Source of the DNA: Halocafeteria seosinensis
Lineage: Eukaryota
NCBI GenBank assembly: GCA_001687465.1
Contig: LVLI01000095.1
Coordinates: 1 to 64,000, forward strand
Length of the DNA: 64,000 nucleotides
Direction: 5' to 3'
This document shows positions 24,032 through 36,373 of the stretch, in pieces. The translations under genes and the position numbers were made by a program. The notes under the pieces were generated by a model, which was not told where the DNA came from, made no database searches, and saw nothing but the letters and a program-made list of their open reading frames with translations. Position 1 is the first letter of the stretch. Every line of letters begins with the position of its first letter.

Positions 24032-24747
24032 TCACAACATATTGTTCACTTCGTCTGGCAAATTAATTTCCATATCTTTCAGTTCAGGCTCAACGACTAC
24101 CTGGCAACAGAGTCTCGACCTGCGGACGAGGCAGAAATGTCTTCATCTCCTGTATGAACACGAGTGGAATACAAGACAAGACGTACGTATCAGTGAGTCC
24201 CGCAGCCAGGTCTAGCATGTCTTCTTCCTCCTCGCTGGGAGTATCTAGCTTATTGTAGTAGGCCTCGGGTAGGATCACATGGCAAGTCGAGCAGGCACAT
24301 TCGCCACCACAAGCCCCTGTATCAAGTATCAAGTGCACGTTGTGCGCCAAGCAAAATTACATAAAATTCAATTCAGTTTTTGGATACCAGTACCTACCTT
24401 CTATCTCTATATCGTTATCATGCGCCACTTCTAAAAGTGTGTCGCCGACCGGAGCGTTGACTGGAATCCGAGTTCCATCCGGTGTAATAAATGTGACAGG
24501 TACAGAATCTGCGCGACAATATTGCTTGGCTGATTCCTTCACCAAGTAAAATCCACCCATTAACTTAGCATCTGTCCTTACCGCCTTCTCCCAGTGCATC
24601 GTCAGCAAAGTGCCTCGTGGAGTTCCATGTTCCTGTTACTCGTGGCAGTCCAGTATGCGAGGCCGGCGCCATCCCAATTAGTGGTGACGCCCTTGGCATC
24701 ACCACTGGAGTCTTCCTGGGAAAGATCCGTCGGAGTGCGAAACTCAT
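24032..24747 (-). CDS. Mitochondrial adrenodoxin-type [2Fe-2S] ferredoxin, multi-exon
   Basis: [25 protein letters not shown] and SRLCCQ after splicing, with an Arg-rich transit peptide. Confidence 0.92.
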
Positions 24748-25089
24748 CTCTTGTCTGTGTTAGGCGTATATACTACTCAATGCAGTGACGCACGCGCTTC
24801 CTTCGACTGGGGGCTGAGTTCATTCAATTCAAAGCGCGCTTTCCCTTCAGAGCGTGCGTACATCCATGCGTGAAACGCTCTTCCATTTTACAATGACAAA
24901 GCTTCCTTGCCATGAATCCGCCATGAAAAGCTCATCATACGTCGTGTATAGAGCACCTTCACAAGCGCGTCGATTGTCTGTGAAGATGCCTGCGTGGAAT
25001 CGTGTGTGGTTTTGTTCGATGAAGTTGGCTAGTATGGACCATACTGTATGGTCCTCAAACGCTTATAGAGTGAGTGAGAGTGAGAGAGA

Positions 25090-25972
25090 ATGTCATCCTC
25101 CCGAGCATGGCTGACGTTGAGCTCCATGCTCAACGCCATCCGAGATCCTCGACGCGCTGATCAAGTGGCTGCTGTGGGAGAGCTTACAGGTACGTAACAC
25201 CTGCCATCGTCGCGAATTTTGGGGTTCTTCTAACTGAAACAACCGTGATTGAAATTTATCGGGATCCTCCCGTTGGTACGCAGGGCGTCATGCTCTTCAA
25301 CGCATGCGGGAGCGTATGTTGGAATCAGAGACGGGGAAGAGGCTATTACAGAACCGACAGCGATTAACCGCGGATGAAGTAGACATCGAACGTTTGCGGC
25401 ACTTACCTGAATCTACATTTGGCCGTCATCTGATTGAGTATATGGATAAATACGAGTTCGACCCCTTCCAACGCCCCCAAGTGCAATACGTGGACGATGA
25501 AGAACTCGCTTACGTCATGCAACGATACCGACAGGTGCATGATTTAGGCCATGCTCTTGCTGACTTGCCACCTACAGTCCTAGGAGAAGTGGCCATAAAA
25601 TGGATGGAACTAGTGCAAACCGGTCTTCCGATGACAGCATTTGCTGGAGTGTTTGGACCATTGCGGCTCTCCCTATCTGAGCAGGCCTTCCTTGCTACCA
25701 CCTTGTTACCGTGGGCCGCCAGAGTAGGTACTCATACGCCTTTTATGCTGAGTGTTGACTATGAACGCATGTTTGAAGAAGATATCCAGAACGTTCGTCG
25801 GAAATTACACTTTACCCCAGCTCCTGAAATCCCGGAGGATCTCGACGGATGGGCAAAAGAGTGTATTACATCACAAATGCCATACAACTTTAGACATTTT
25901 TGTTCTTCGGAAATGCAACAAGAACGCGAGAACGTGGTGACTGCACTCCAGGCATTCCGTGACTCCAGGTGA
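25090..25972 (+). CDS. COQ4: Ubiquinone biosynthesis protein COQ4, 2+ exons
   Basis: DPRRADQVAAVGELTG, YVMQRYRQVHDLGHAL and GEVAIKW.E..QTGLPM motifs. The start is uncertain. Confidence 0.92.
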
Positions 25973-26487
25973 CCCCAGGAAATACTGTCCGGAGTCCTTT
26001 ACTTTCTTATGATGATCAGATCTATGACACTACAAAGGAATGATTCTGCTGGTAAAGTGGAGCTTCTCTTATTTGTTTCACATCAGACGAATCGATGTAC
26101 GGCGCTGTAACCGAGAACCCAGTGTTGGGCGATGTCAGGTTGTAAAAGAAACTGAAGCGAGCATTCAGGGTTTTGGCAGAGTTGCATTCCTGCTAGCGAC
26201 CCCATGTATGCACACTCTTTAGATGATGGATATGTATTCTTGCTCGGTAAAATGATGCGTTTCGAAGTGCGCTTCCTGCCACTCCAGTTACAAGTGGAAG
26301 TTGAAGTATCCACATCCTGAGAGTCTGAGACCCAAGCTGAGCGCCAAGTACGATTAGGTTGGTCTTGTTGGATAGGAAAACCCGTCTCTAGCAACGAAAA
26401 TAAATAAATATAGACAGTACTTACATATGTGGAGTAGCGTAGTAGACTCATGAGTGACTAATTATGCCTGTAGAGTGACAAACAGCA

Positions 26488-28037
26488 ATGAGCGCCCTGC
26501 AGAATACCTCAGTTTCTGGTGCCATGCACGAGGGGGATGATACAACGAATGCAGGTATAATCTCCAGGACCTCTTCTTTATCCTCTGAAGAGTCTCAGGG
26601 TGCCACGCATAGCGGCGTTGAGGGTCAGGATATGGACGAAAATGGAGGCACCAGTACGCCACTCCCCTCCCCATCCTCAGTACGCAGTTTTGATAACAAT
26701 GGACGCACCGGTCATTCCATGGCTTCGCCAATGGCTCCTGTAGCCCCTCGAACAATGCAGACCATGATGGACCTGGAGGATCATAACAGTACTCCGCGAG
26801 GAAGCCGCATCGGGGGCGCTACCGCCTCCAAAACGGACCCCCATTCGGAGCCCCAACGTGCATTAAGTGAAAAAGAAAAGAAACAGAGGCTTAGGACAGA
26901 AAATGAACGTCAAGAAAAGTGGCTCAAAATGCTGAGCAATTGGGATGAGTTTCTGAAAAAGAATGAAAAGAAAGTGAAATCTCGATGCAGGAAAGGCATC
27001 CCAGAAGCCATACGAGCCCATGCATGGCCAAAGATTGTACGAAGCAATAGACACCGCGACGAGCAGCCAGGATTATATGCACAGTTACTAAGAAGCTCAC
27101 CGACGGCCGAGCAGAAGGAAGTAATCGAGTATATCGAGCGAGACATCTACCGGACTTTCCCACATTACCCATTGTTTGCTACCCGAGGTGGAATCGGTCA
27201 AACGTCCCTTTATCGAGTACTCCGCGCTTATGCCGCGTACGATAGTGTGGTGGGGTACTGTCAAGGAATGGGCTTCATTACAGCTATGTTTTTATCCTAC
27301 ATGCCAGAGGAGGAAGCATTTTTCATGCTGCTTACAGTTATGCAGTTTCCCCCTCACAAGTTACGAGAGTTGTTTGTACCAGGTTTACCGGAAGTGCCCA
27401 TAATGCATTATCAACTGAAGGTATGTTAAGTCACTTAAGTGTTTCGATGTGGTTGCCTCTTTGCGTACTGTACGATACCATGGATGCTGCTTGCTGAGAT
27501 GGTCTACAGGGTATGATGCGATTAAAGCTACCCAAGTTATACAACCATTTTGAGAACGAAAACGTGGATCCGAGCATGTACTCGACTCATTGGTTTCTTA
27601 CAGTCTTTACGTACAATCTGCCGTTCCACCTGGTTGGTGCGTAGTGTTTTGCGACAACGACGCTGACAAAAGATTATGATTTACGCATGTTTATCTGAAT
27701 CCTGCAGTTAGAATCTGGGACGCATTTCTCTTCGAAGGCTGGAAGATAGTGTTTCGTGTTGCACTAGCATTGCTTCAATTTGCTCAAGGTATGCAGGCGA
27801 TCATAGTTTTCCAATGGCTTCTATGTTATACATGCTTACTCTCTTCTGTTTGCAGATGACCTTCTAGACCTCTCTTTTGAACATATTATGAAATATTTCC
27901 GTCACCTGCATGAAAAGGTGGATCCTGAAAGAATAATGTTTTTAGCTTTTAAGCTTAATATCAAACGCAAGCAACTGGAGGACTTGAGGCAGGAATACCT
28001 GACTTCCGTAAAAGGCGATGCTGCTGAAGGGAATTAG
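26488..28037 (+). CDS. TBC-domain Rab GTPase-activating protein, multi-exon
   Basis: KGIPEAIRAHAW, IERDIYRTFP and GYCQGM motifs; downstream exons give WFLTVF, RIWDAFLFEG. Confidence 0.92.
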
Positions 28038-29419
28038 GGTGCAATGACCTGCCAACGTGGTTGTGGCTAATTCTATGTGTTAACAGTCTATGAGGAACTA
28101 GGTTATGGTTTAAGATTTATTCTTATGGTTGCGCGGAAGCAGAAGTATCAGCGTACCGTGACTGTTCTGGGCGAGTTATACCAAGTTTTCGCAACAAGAC
28201 ACGAGAGATATTACCTGAAGTAACATATCAGTGCCCACCATAAGATGCTGTTTGGCTGTGGAGACCACTCTCGCGTGTCCACCCCATCTGAGCAACAGGA
28301 GTGTGTAGGAATATCACAACGTACCGATTGTACTGAGTTAACGGGTAGATAGATGGTGGCGTTGTGTGGGTAACTGCCTGAAGTCAAATGTTTGTTGCTG
28401 AAGGTTCAGCACGGCGATGTATGTTGGGACTAGCGCCTTGATTGTGTGAGTCAAGCAAGTGCCGCACAGGTCCAGAGATTGTGACTGGCACGTCAGTCAG
28501 TGGCCGGGTGCACAACGCTCCCTGCCTAGTTGGCAGTTCACCTTGAGCTTTCATTTGGACACGAGGATTGTTAATACTCAATTGCTCATCCACCAGTGGA
28601 TGCTAAGATGCAGGCATCCCCAGATCCTGCTCGACCATTATGCCTTGACGGCGGCGGAACATGCGTATTATCACTACTGTAACCCCCCCCCCCTTGGAAG
28701 GGCCGGAAAAGATCGAAAAGCGACGTCATTAGGCCAAGAAAGCCTCTTCCAACGCCACTCAGTGCACTTCGACCCATACACGAGAACGTATTGCACGTCA
28801 TGTGCTCGTGCGCATCTTGAAATCCATCCGAGAGATCCTGGAGAGACGAGCACATTGCTCCTCACGCAAGTGCTTCCGTTTAATGGACATGGCTCCTGAC
28901 AAGCTGGATGCCTTCATTCCGTTTCCGAATTCGAGAGGTGCTTTGTTTGCAACACAGGAGAAGGAACAGGCGAAATTTAGAGGCATGCCCGAAGAGGATC
29001 TGACTTCCACGGGACTATTGCCGCATTCAACCGTAAAAACACCAGGCAGACTTCAGGTATGTGCCGAAAACTTTGACTTTCACTTACAGCTGCAATGAAG
29101 CATCGCGTTCATTCTGCCCACGGATATGGAGTAGTCTTTTGAAGTGCTGTTCGGATGATTGTCCTGCGTGCTGTTATTTGCGGGTACTCCTGCGTCAGCC
29201 TTCTGGGCTTAAGGTAATAGTTGCTGGTCAAGGCATCGTTGTTGGAGCACTTCCGTGTAGAAGTCACTCCCTCTGCGCATTGCTCTCCTGCCGAAAAACA
29301 AAAAATGTATGGATGTCTCCATTCTCACTCTCTTTTTTTTTTTTTCTTCATGAGTTTGATTGTATTCGCTTTCTTGTCCCAATTACCAGAGGTTCTTACG
29401 TCAAACCAGTCTCTTACCC

Positions 29420-29420
29420 N
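29420..29420. other. Undetermined base (n), possible assembly join
   Basis: A single n in the sequence. Confidence 0.9.
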
Positions 29421-29607
29421 CACGTGTAACACGTAGCATACGTGCCATACTGACATTGCTTCACAGTGAACGCAGTTCACAAGCGCCTTTCTGGCTGGCT
29501 GGTTGTATTGCATTGCATACTAATCATTTGTATGAGTCAAAAAGTACATGATAGGATAGACTGCCGTAGTACGTATGTTTCCCAGTCGTTGAGAGCGAGT
29601 GGGAACT

Positions 29608-31240
29608 ATGAGTACCTTTGGTACTCTCCTCCGGGTGACGACGTTTGGCGAGTCGCACGGGTCGGCGGTGGGATGCGTCATTGACAACTTCCCACCGCGA
29701 TTTCCACTGGATGTAGACGCCATACAAGCCCAGTTGACCCGCCGTCGACCGGGTCAAAGTGTCATTACGACGACTCGGGATGAGCAGGACAATGTGCAGC
29801 TCATGAGTGGCATGGAACGCGGCTTGACCTTGGGCACTCCGATCGCAATGATGGTGTATAACAAGGATATGAAGCCAGGTACGTCAGTTCTAGACTTTTT
29901 TTCGGATACCAGGGTGATGCTGACGTGTTTACGTGCTGCTACAGGGGATTACCAATCGATGGCGTCCACACCGCGGCCGGGACACGCCGATTACACGTAC
30001 CACCATAAATACGGCATTCATGCAGCTTCCGGTGGAGGGAGGTCCTCAGCACGAGAGACGATTGGACGTGTTGCAGCGGGTGCTGCTATTGAACAGTGGC
30101 TTCAAAGAGATTACGGCATTCGAATAGTCTCGTGTGTGTGTCAAGTTGGACATGTCAAAGTGCCGCCAGAAATTACAGAGTACTGGAAGCGCGGAAAACT
30201 CCATCCCACTTCAGAAGAAGGTCCTGTGGATGATAAAGAACTTCCTGAACTGGATCGATCCGTTATCGATAGATATGGCACTCTTCAGATTGTTATTTCG
30301 ACAGCGAAAATTCATGGAGATACCGCGTAAGTAGAAGGGCTGTTGTAAACAGAAATACTTCGGTCTTGTTTGGTTAGCTCATGCATTCCCGATACAGAAA
30401 GCTACCCAATGGAATCCCGGCATATGTTGACCACTTTGGCAACCTTTACACTCATGGAGGAGAATACGTGGGACGTTCATCACAAACAGCGACAAGTATG
30501 CCCGACGATGTGGAACGAACCGTACAGGGGCTGGATGGAGTGGAGGTTACCTACAAACTATCAGGCAAACTGCTAGAACTGCGTTGCCCGCATACACCTA
30601 GTGCGTGTGCAATGGCAACCGCCATTCGCTCCACCAAGACTAGGCGTGATAGTATTGGAGGTATCCTGCTTGGTGTTGCAACAAATGTCCCGGTTGGTGT
30701 GGGAGAGCCATGCTTTGACAAAGTACGTATGTGAACACTCCTTGGAAAGCGGCTGTAGTTGTGTATTTGAGCACCTTTACGCAGATCGAGGCAACTCTGG
30801 CCCATGCAATGATGTCGTTACCGGCCACGAAAGGGTTCGAGATAGGGTCTGGCTTTGAAGGCGTAGCAATGCGTGGAAGTCGTCATAATGACCGATTCGT
30901 GAGCAGAAATGAGGAGCACACAAGGAAGTTCGAAACGCTATCCAATAGCACGAAAACCATATTTGGTAGCACATCGAACAATTCGGGAGGGACGCTAGGC
31001 GGCATCTCTTCGGGTATGCCTTTATATTTCCGCGTTGCGATAAAGCCAGTGTCCTCAATCGGGATCCCTCAGCAAACTACAGGATGGAATGGAGAAGAAA
31101 CTACATTGGAGGCGAAAGGTCGCCATGATCCTTGTGTATTACCAAGAGCCCCGCCCCTGGTGGAAGCGATGACAGCGCTGGTACTGGGAGATTCTGTACT
31201 TTGCCAGAAGGCCCATCTTGTCACACCCACTGACTCTTGA
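29608..31240 (+). CDS. aroC: Chorismate synthase, multi-exon, with a large internal insertion
   Basis: [45 protein letters not shown] and KGRHDPCV motifs. Confidence 0.95.
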
Positions 31241-31313
31241 ACGGTAGGTGGCATACGGCGGCCAGTAATGGTATACGCTGAATATTCGTGAACAAGGGTG
31301 ACTCGGTGCCTTA

Positions 31314-32881
31314 CTAGGACTGATTGAACATCCCGTTTATACCACTTCGGGATGATACTACAGGCGAAGCTATCCGAGTTATGCTTGGAGCTGTTGCAAA
31401 GGCGACAATTGCTAGTTCCGATCTTGCGGTAGGAGAAAGACAGGATTGTTTTCACTTACTTTGTGGCCGCTGTCGGATAGAGCGGCTCTGTCCTTGGTTG
31501 CTACTCAGGCCTCCTAAGACTAGTCCCCTCCGCTGACTTCCAAAGCCCGTATTACTTGAAACAGTTTGACTTCCCCGAGGACTGGGGGAATTCTCCCGAG
31601 ACGGTGGCCGAGACAATAGCGTCCTTGGGCTGCATGTTACAGAAGAGATAGAGTTGTTTGCGAAGCCTGTTGCTTGCCCGCTGTGATTGAATGCGTCAGA
31701 GCCATTTTGAAAACTGGGTGCACGCGATTCGCTGTTGAAACTATAGCGTCTTCGCCTATCCTGTAGGTCAGTAACGGAATAGTGTTGATATGTCAGAGTA
31801 AAAAGTTCACGGAATATTGGATACTTACTTCGTTGTAGTCATCACTGCGACTTCTTCCGGTTTCGGCTCTATTGGTTCTGTCTCCTAAGGGCACTTCATG
31901 GTTTCGAGGAATTAGAGAAGTATTAGACGCTGCGTCATCAGGATTATGGTCTGGAGCCTTCTGCTTGTATGCTACGTAGAATTTTTCCAAGTGCCGTCGC
32001 TCCTGAGAGAATTCGAAGATGTACGAGTCTTTTAGGAAGCACCGGAAAAAGGCTATGAAGGATCAATCTTACTTGATCTGTCTTGTGCAAGCGCGATTTT
32101 AGTTCGCGAACTTCCGCGTCCTTGAGTGCGAGCTCTGTCGATGCTTTCACACTGCTCTTAAGACGTGTTCACGCAAAGCAATGTGTTTCGGATTTTCGTA
32201 CCTTTCTTCAATGTTTGGGACTCATTTCGAGCATTCGCTAGCTCGTTTTCTCTTCTCATTCTCCTGTTAGTCTCGGCTTCTACGTTTTCTTTGAGCTTCT
32301 GCTCGCTGTAGTCACTCTGCAGTTTCCTCTGAATCTCGCGGAAATGCGATGCATCTGTTATGGCTCGCAGGACGGCGTTTGTATGAGTCAAAATATAGGA
32401 AAACATAATGCCGTCGCTGCGCTCATCCTGCACATGCATATGACAGATTGGGAGAAGGTCTAGAAGCAACTTTTGGCAGTCCTGGTACCAGTGATACTTA
32501 CTCGATCCAGCTCTACCTCTACAATGTCCCCTTTCCTGCATGGTGAGGCAAAATTTGCGATTTTTCAATTACGTCAGGAATAGTGTGCTCTATGGCAACA
32601 TTATAGTGAAGAAGGCGAAGTTGTGGTTCCGCACAATTCTTACCTGTCATCTAGGTGCGTGGCGCATACCGGACATTTGAGGCTTTTTTGAAAGCTCTTA
32701 AAAGCGGCAGATTCACTGCATAAGAACCATTGGTGTAGGTACATTATAATGCAATAGTGCAACGCATCAGGTGAGCATACCTGAAAATATGACCGCAAGT
32801 GGTTTTGTACGCTCTTCCAGAGGTTAGTGGCTCCCATGTGAGATTGCAGAATAATTCCACTTCGGGAGATAGCTCAGCCAT
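31314..32881 (-). CDS. HEI10/CCNB1IP1-like (Zip3/RNF212 group) RING and coiled-coil protein, multi-exon
   Basis: LFCNLTWEPLTSGRAYKTTCGHIF|SESAA...CPVCATHL, then coiled-coil exons and a Ser-rich tail; assembled across GT-AG introns. Confidence 0.7.
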
Positions 32882-34064
32882 GTTATCTTTGAGGATATTA
32901 TAGTCCTCTAATGCTTGCTTATGCGGTAGAAACGGTAAAAATGGCACAGTCAAATGTTTGGAAAATGCTGAAAAAGGAATTCGAGGAAGCAATTATGACA
33001 ATTCCTTTTGCATGGTTTTGCCACGTTGAGCCGGAGATAATATCTTACATCTATATCATCAAATCATAATTTTTAATGTGCATTCAAGCGATATACCTCA
33101 ATAAAATATCAATGCTTAATAAATGGCTTTCTGCCAGAATCTCAGGGCTGCTGAGCCGACTACAATTCTCGTTTCCAGTGATGCGTTTTTGAACACGGCA
33201 GTTTCTGTTGGGCTGCTCAGCAGCTACTATCCACAACCCAGGTATTATATTGTAGTATATTTGAGATATTTTTCTATGTAAAAGGTGCGCTCAAATTGCT
33301 ACTAAAGGAGGGAATGGGAGATACCTGATGCTTTTTCACTGTCTGAGCCAAGCAGCCAAAGTTGAATTCTCAGACAATGGAGTTCATTTCTATATAGTAG
33401 CCATTTAGATGAATATCACTACCCTTTTTAGTTCCCTAACATTATATATATATACATCATTAATCGCTGAACCCAGTTGTCGCCAGGGCAGAGCTATCTG
33501 CACAGTACCAGGAGACAGCCTGCAGAGTATCCAGCGGATTCCACCTTCTTTGTGCTATTCAGCACGCCATTGAGGATACTCGTACGCGCGCAAACAGTAA
33601 AAACAACAGTTCCAACTTGATTCACTAGGCAAAACTCTTGGAAGTCTGCCAATTATGATCCATGCCATCTCTCGCCACATACTGGCCCGGTGGATTTATT
33701 TCTCCTGGCGCTTTAGTTTTCCATGATACCGGTATTTCCACTGTGTGTGTCGTCCCTCTGCTACTTGGAGCAGCTGCTCCATGTGGGAAAAGGAGGCTAG
33801 CATCGTCGGATTGTCAACTTGTTCTTGCAAGGAAACACTAACGAGACTAGGCCGAAAGTCTTTCATGACAACGTGCTGAATACTTCGGCACACATGGCAT
33901 ATTTTGGGAAATATTTGCGCTTCAGGACAGTCAAAATGAGTCTTGGTTTACTCATTAAGAAGGCTCAAGCCTCGAAGCTCGGGGAGCCCGCACGTCCAAA
34001 CGAACGAGGACTTTTCGCCATTGCAAGCTGGGAATAGAACATTACTCAGCCAGTCTTATATCTT

Positions 34065-35348
34065 TCATTGGGGATTCGTCATCCGCGAGAAATCAGTCTG
34101 GAATGGAAGCGTCGATGAATTGTAGATCCGGGACTTAATAATTTCGAGTGCCACATCCACCTGCTTCGCTTTGGTGTCAAAGAATTTATGGTACACATAC
34201 AAAGCTTTCTTTTGAAGCTTTCGTCGTTGTTCAGGAGTGATTGACCTCAAAATTTTGGGCACATCCCACACTCTATGCTCTGGGATGTTCACTGAAAAGG
34301 TATTCCAATCCAACACTTCGGAAAAAGGTAGCACGTAGTGATCTACGATATTTACAGGAATGGCACCAGCGGCGAAGATTTCAAGTGTGCGGTGGGTATG
34401 TAATCCATTTCCTCGCGGGTTCAGGCCAAAGACAGCATCTTCCAAGTACTTACAGTATGGTTTAGAAGAGCCCCAGATGGAGATAATATCCTTGCCATTG
34501 TGCAACTGATGTACCTTGGCCCGAACTGGAGCAGTTCGCCTACCCTGAAAAAAGGCTAACAGTTTGCGTTCATCCGCCGTCTTAGTTCTTCCTGTCGTAT
34601 TGAATCGGCACGTGGGGTAGAAGTCCATCGGGAAAGCCACATCAAATCCGACTCTGTAGAAGCGATCTCGAAACGATGTTTTCCAGACGATAGCATTATC
34701 GGCGACGTATTCCAATGAATCGCGATCATTGTGCTCTATTACGAAATGGTTCAAACCATTTCCCCAATATGGTAAATCTCGAAGTCGTTTGGTTACCCAC
34801 CAGTTGGTTGTTGTGCTGGTGGTTCCTGAGCCACAGGTCATATCAAAGTTGGGAAAATACAGACAAGCTTTATTCGGGTCATCCGTTCGATATGGACTCT
34901 TTTCTAGCGCATCGCGAATACGCAAAAAATGATTTTCCTCAATTCCTATGACCGAAGGTCCTTCCGGGTACAAGTATACTTTGAAGTCTCTAGGGTCTTG
35001 TGGACACTTTGCCCGATCGAAACACGATTCCATACTGCATTGTGAGCTTCCCGTGCGTGGTACACCGGCAATCGGGACGCCAGCCATTTGTTGTAAGGAA
35101 GGAAAGTGATCACATGTGAATCGCTCCAAGGTGACCACGATTTCAAAGGAAACGACAACGATGATGCCAAGCAGTAAAAGACAAACTACCACCCAACGAC
35201 ATTGGCACCGGCGGCAGCCAAGGCATCCACGCTCTTTGCTCTTGGTGGTTGTTTCATTGAACCGAGGTAAACTGCTCTCCCTCGACGATGGGGAGAACAT
35301 GGTCTCTCGTGCCTCCTCGGAACCAGAGAGGCAGCGGCCGTGGTTCAT
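34065..35348 (-). CDS. Exostosin-family (GT47) glycosyltransferase, type II membrane, intronless
   Basis: TM anchor; CSMESCFD..KC, YRTDDPNKACL, LPYWGNGLNH, FGLNPRG and GAIPV...YVLPFSEVLDW motifs. Confidence 0.9.
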   Translation of the reverse strand: MNHGRCLSGSEEARETMFSPSSRESSLPRFNETTTKSKERGCLGCRRCQCRWVVVCLLLLGIIVVVSFEIVVTLERFTCDHFPSLQQMAGVPIAGVPRTGSSQCSMESCFDRAKCPQDPRDFKVYLYPEGPSVIGIEENHFLRIRDALEKSPYRTDDPNKACLYFPNFDMTCGSGTTSTTTNWWVTKRLRDLPYWGNGLNHFVIEHNDRDSLEYVADNAIVWKTSFRDRFYRVGFDVAFPMDFYPTCRFNTTGRTKTADERKLLAFFQGRRTAPVRAKVHQLHNGKDIISIWGSSKPYCKYLEDAVFGLNPRGNGLHTHRTLEIFAAGAIPVNIVDHYVLPFSEVLDWNTFSVNIPEHRVWDVPKILRSITPEQRRKLQKKALYVYHKFFDTKAKQVDVALEIIKSRIYNSSTLPFQTDFSRMTNPQ

Positions 35349-35486
35349 TTGCCATCCATAACAACCCACTGTCCTCGTTACTTCTTATGGGACCTTCACG
35401 GAGGAAGTAGCTCGAGGTTCACAGAGGCAGGAAGCAGATACCCAGCGTATAGCGGTACTGTTTGCTTTGACCAGACCCTGTTTGCA

Positions 35487-35487
<1 letters not shown>

Positions 35488-35531
<44 letters not shown>

Positions 35532-35546
35532 TTCTCTCTTTCTCTC
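35488..35546. repeat. (CT)n/(CTTT) microsatellite
   Basis: Seen directly. Confidence 0.95.
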
Positions 35547-35548
35547 CT

Positions 35549-35740
35549 TGTGTGGTGGAGAAAACGGAGAGAAAGAGCAATCTTCTTCGTCTGCGACAGG
35601 GCGATGAACCAGGAGGGTGGTAGACAGTGTACTAGACACTCGCACCATACCATACCTGCACCATACCATACCTATGCTGGAGTGCTGCCCTCATGAGCAG
35701 GAGCACTGCCTCCATCAATAGGATTGGTGGTACCGCCAGT
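35549..35740 (-). pseudogene. Degenerate duplicate of the SPT5 3' end (CTR repeats, stop region, 3' UTR)
   Basis: aatcttcttcgtctgcg..agggcgatgaacc matches 36377 aatcttcttcatctgcagggctatgaacc; ggagtgctgccctcatgagcaggagcactgcctccat matches the SPT5 repeat block. Confidence 0.7.
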
Positions 35741-36373
35741 CTGCATGGTTCTCCAGCCCTAATGACGACGAGCTCCGTGGGAATGCTCAGGAAACTCCGT
35801 TGCATGGACATTCAAGTGGTCACAGATCGCTTTGAGCACCCGAGGTCCTTGGCAGCCGGAACAGGATGTAGATACCGCGCACGAGTGGTCCGGAGGATCA
35901 AGCGGGGACTGATCATCATAATCACTGATGGGAACTCCAATCCTATTGAATTTTCCCAGGTTCCGTGTTTCGGGGCCACGATGAATTCCCCGATTTCGGG
36001 AAACATTCACGCCTTACAGTCTAGCGTAGCATGTAGACTAGATTGCTTCTGGTAGGAACAATACTACCAAATGATACAAATCCAGATGTCAGAAAGTTCC
36101 TGATCGCCGCAACTTGACGCAAGGCTTTCCGAAGCGCAAGGACAGAGCGGCGAATTTCCCGAAAACTGCGAAAGAGATGCTCAATGCTTCAAAAGCCAAT
36201 GTTTATCGACTTCACGACTGCTGGCCCGTTTTGCAAGTAGAAAAGGAATGCGTGTATGTATGCCCCAAACCAATGGTAATGGACTTTATACCGATGCTGG
36301 GGGCAGTGTATATTGTTTGTGTCATGAGACGCTGTTTGTCTGTCTCTGTGTGGTAGAAACACGGAAAGGAAGG

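Noticed and set aside
28384..29300. Coding-like stretch with short ORFs, including SWPNDV
   Set aside because: No coherent frame or family; one short motif is insufficient. Possibly a decayed gene or TE.
33000..34040. Short ORFs in the intergenic region
   Set aside because: No recognisable domains.
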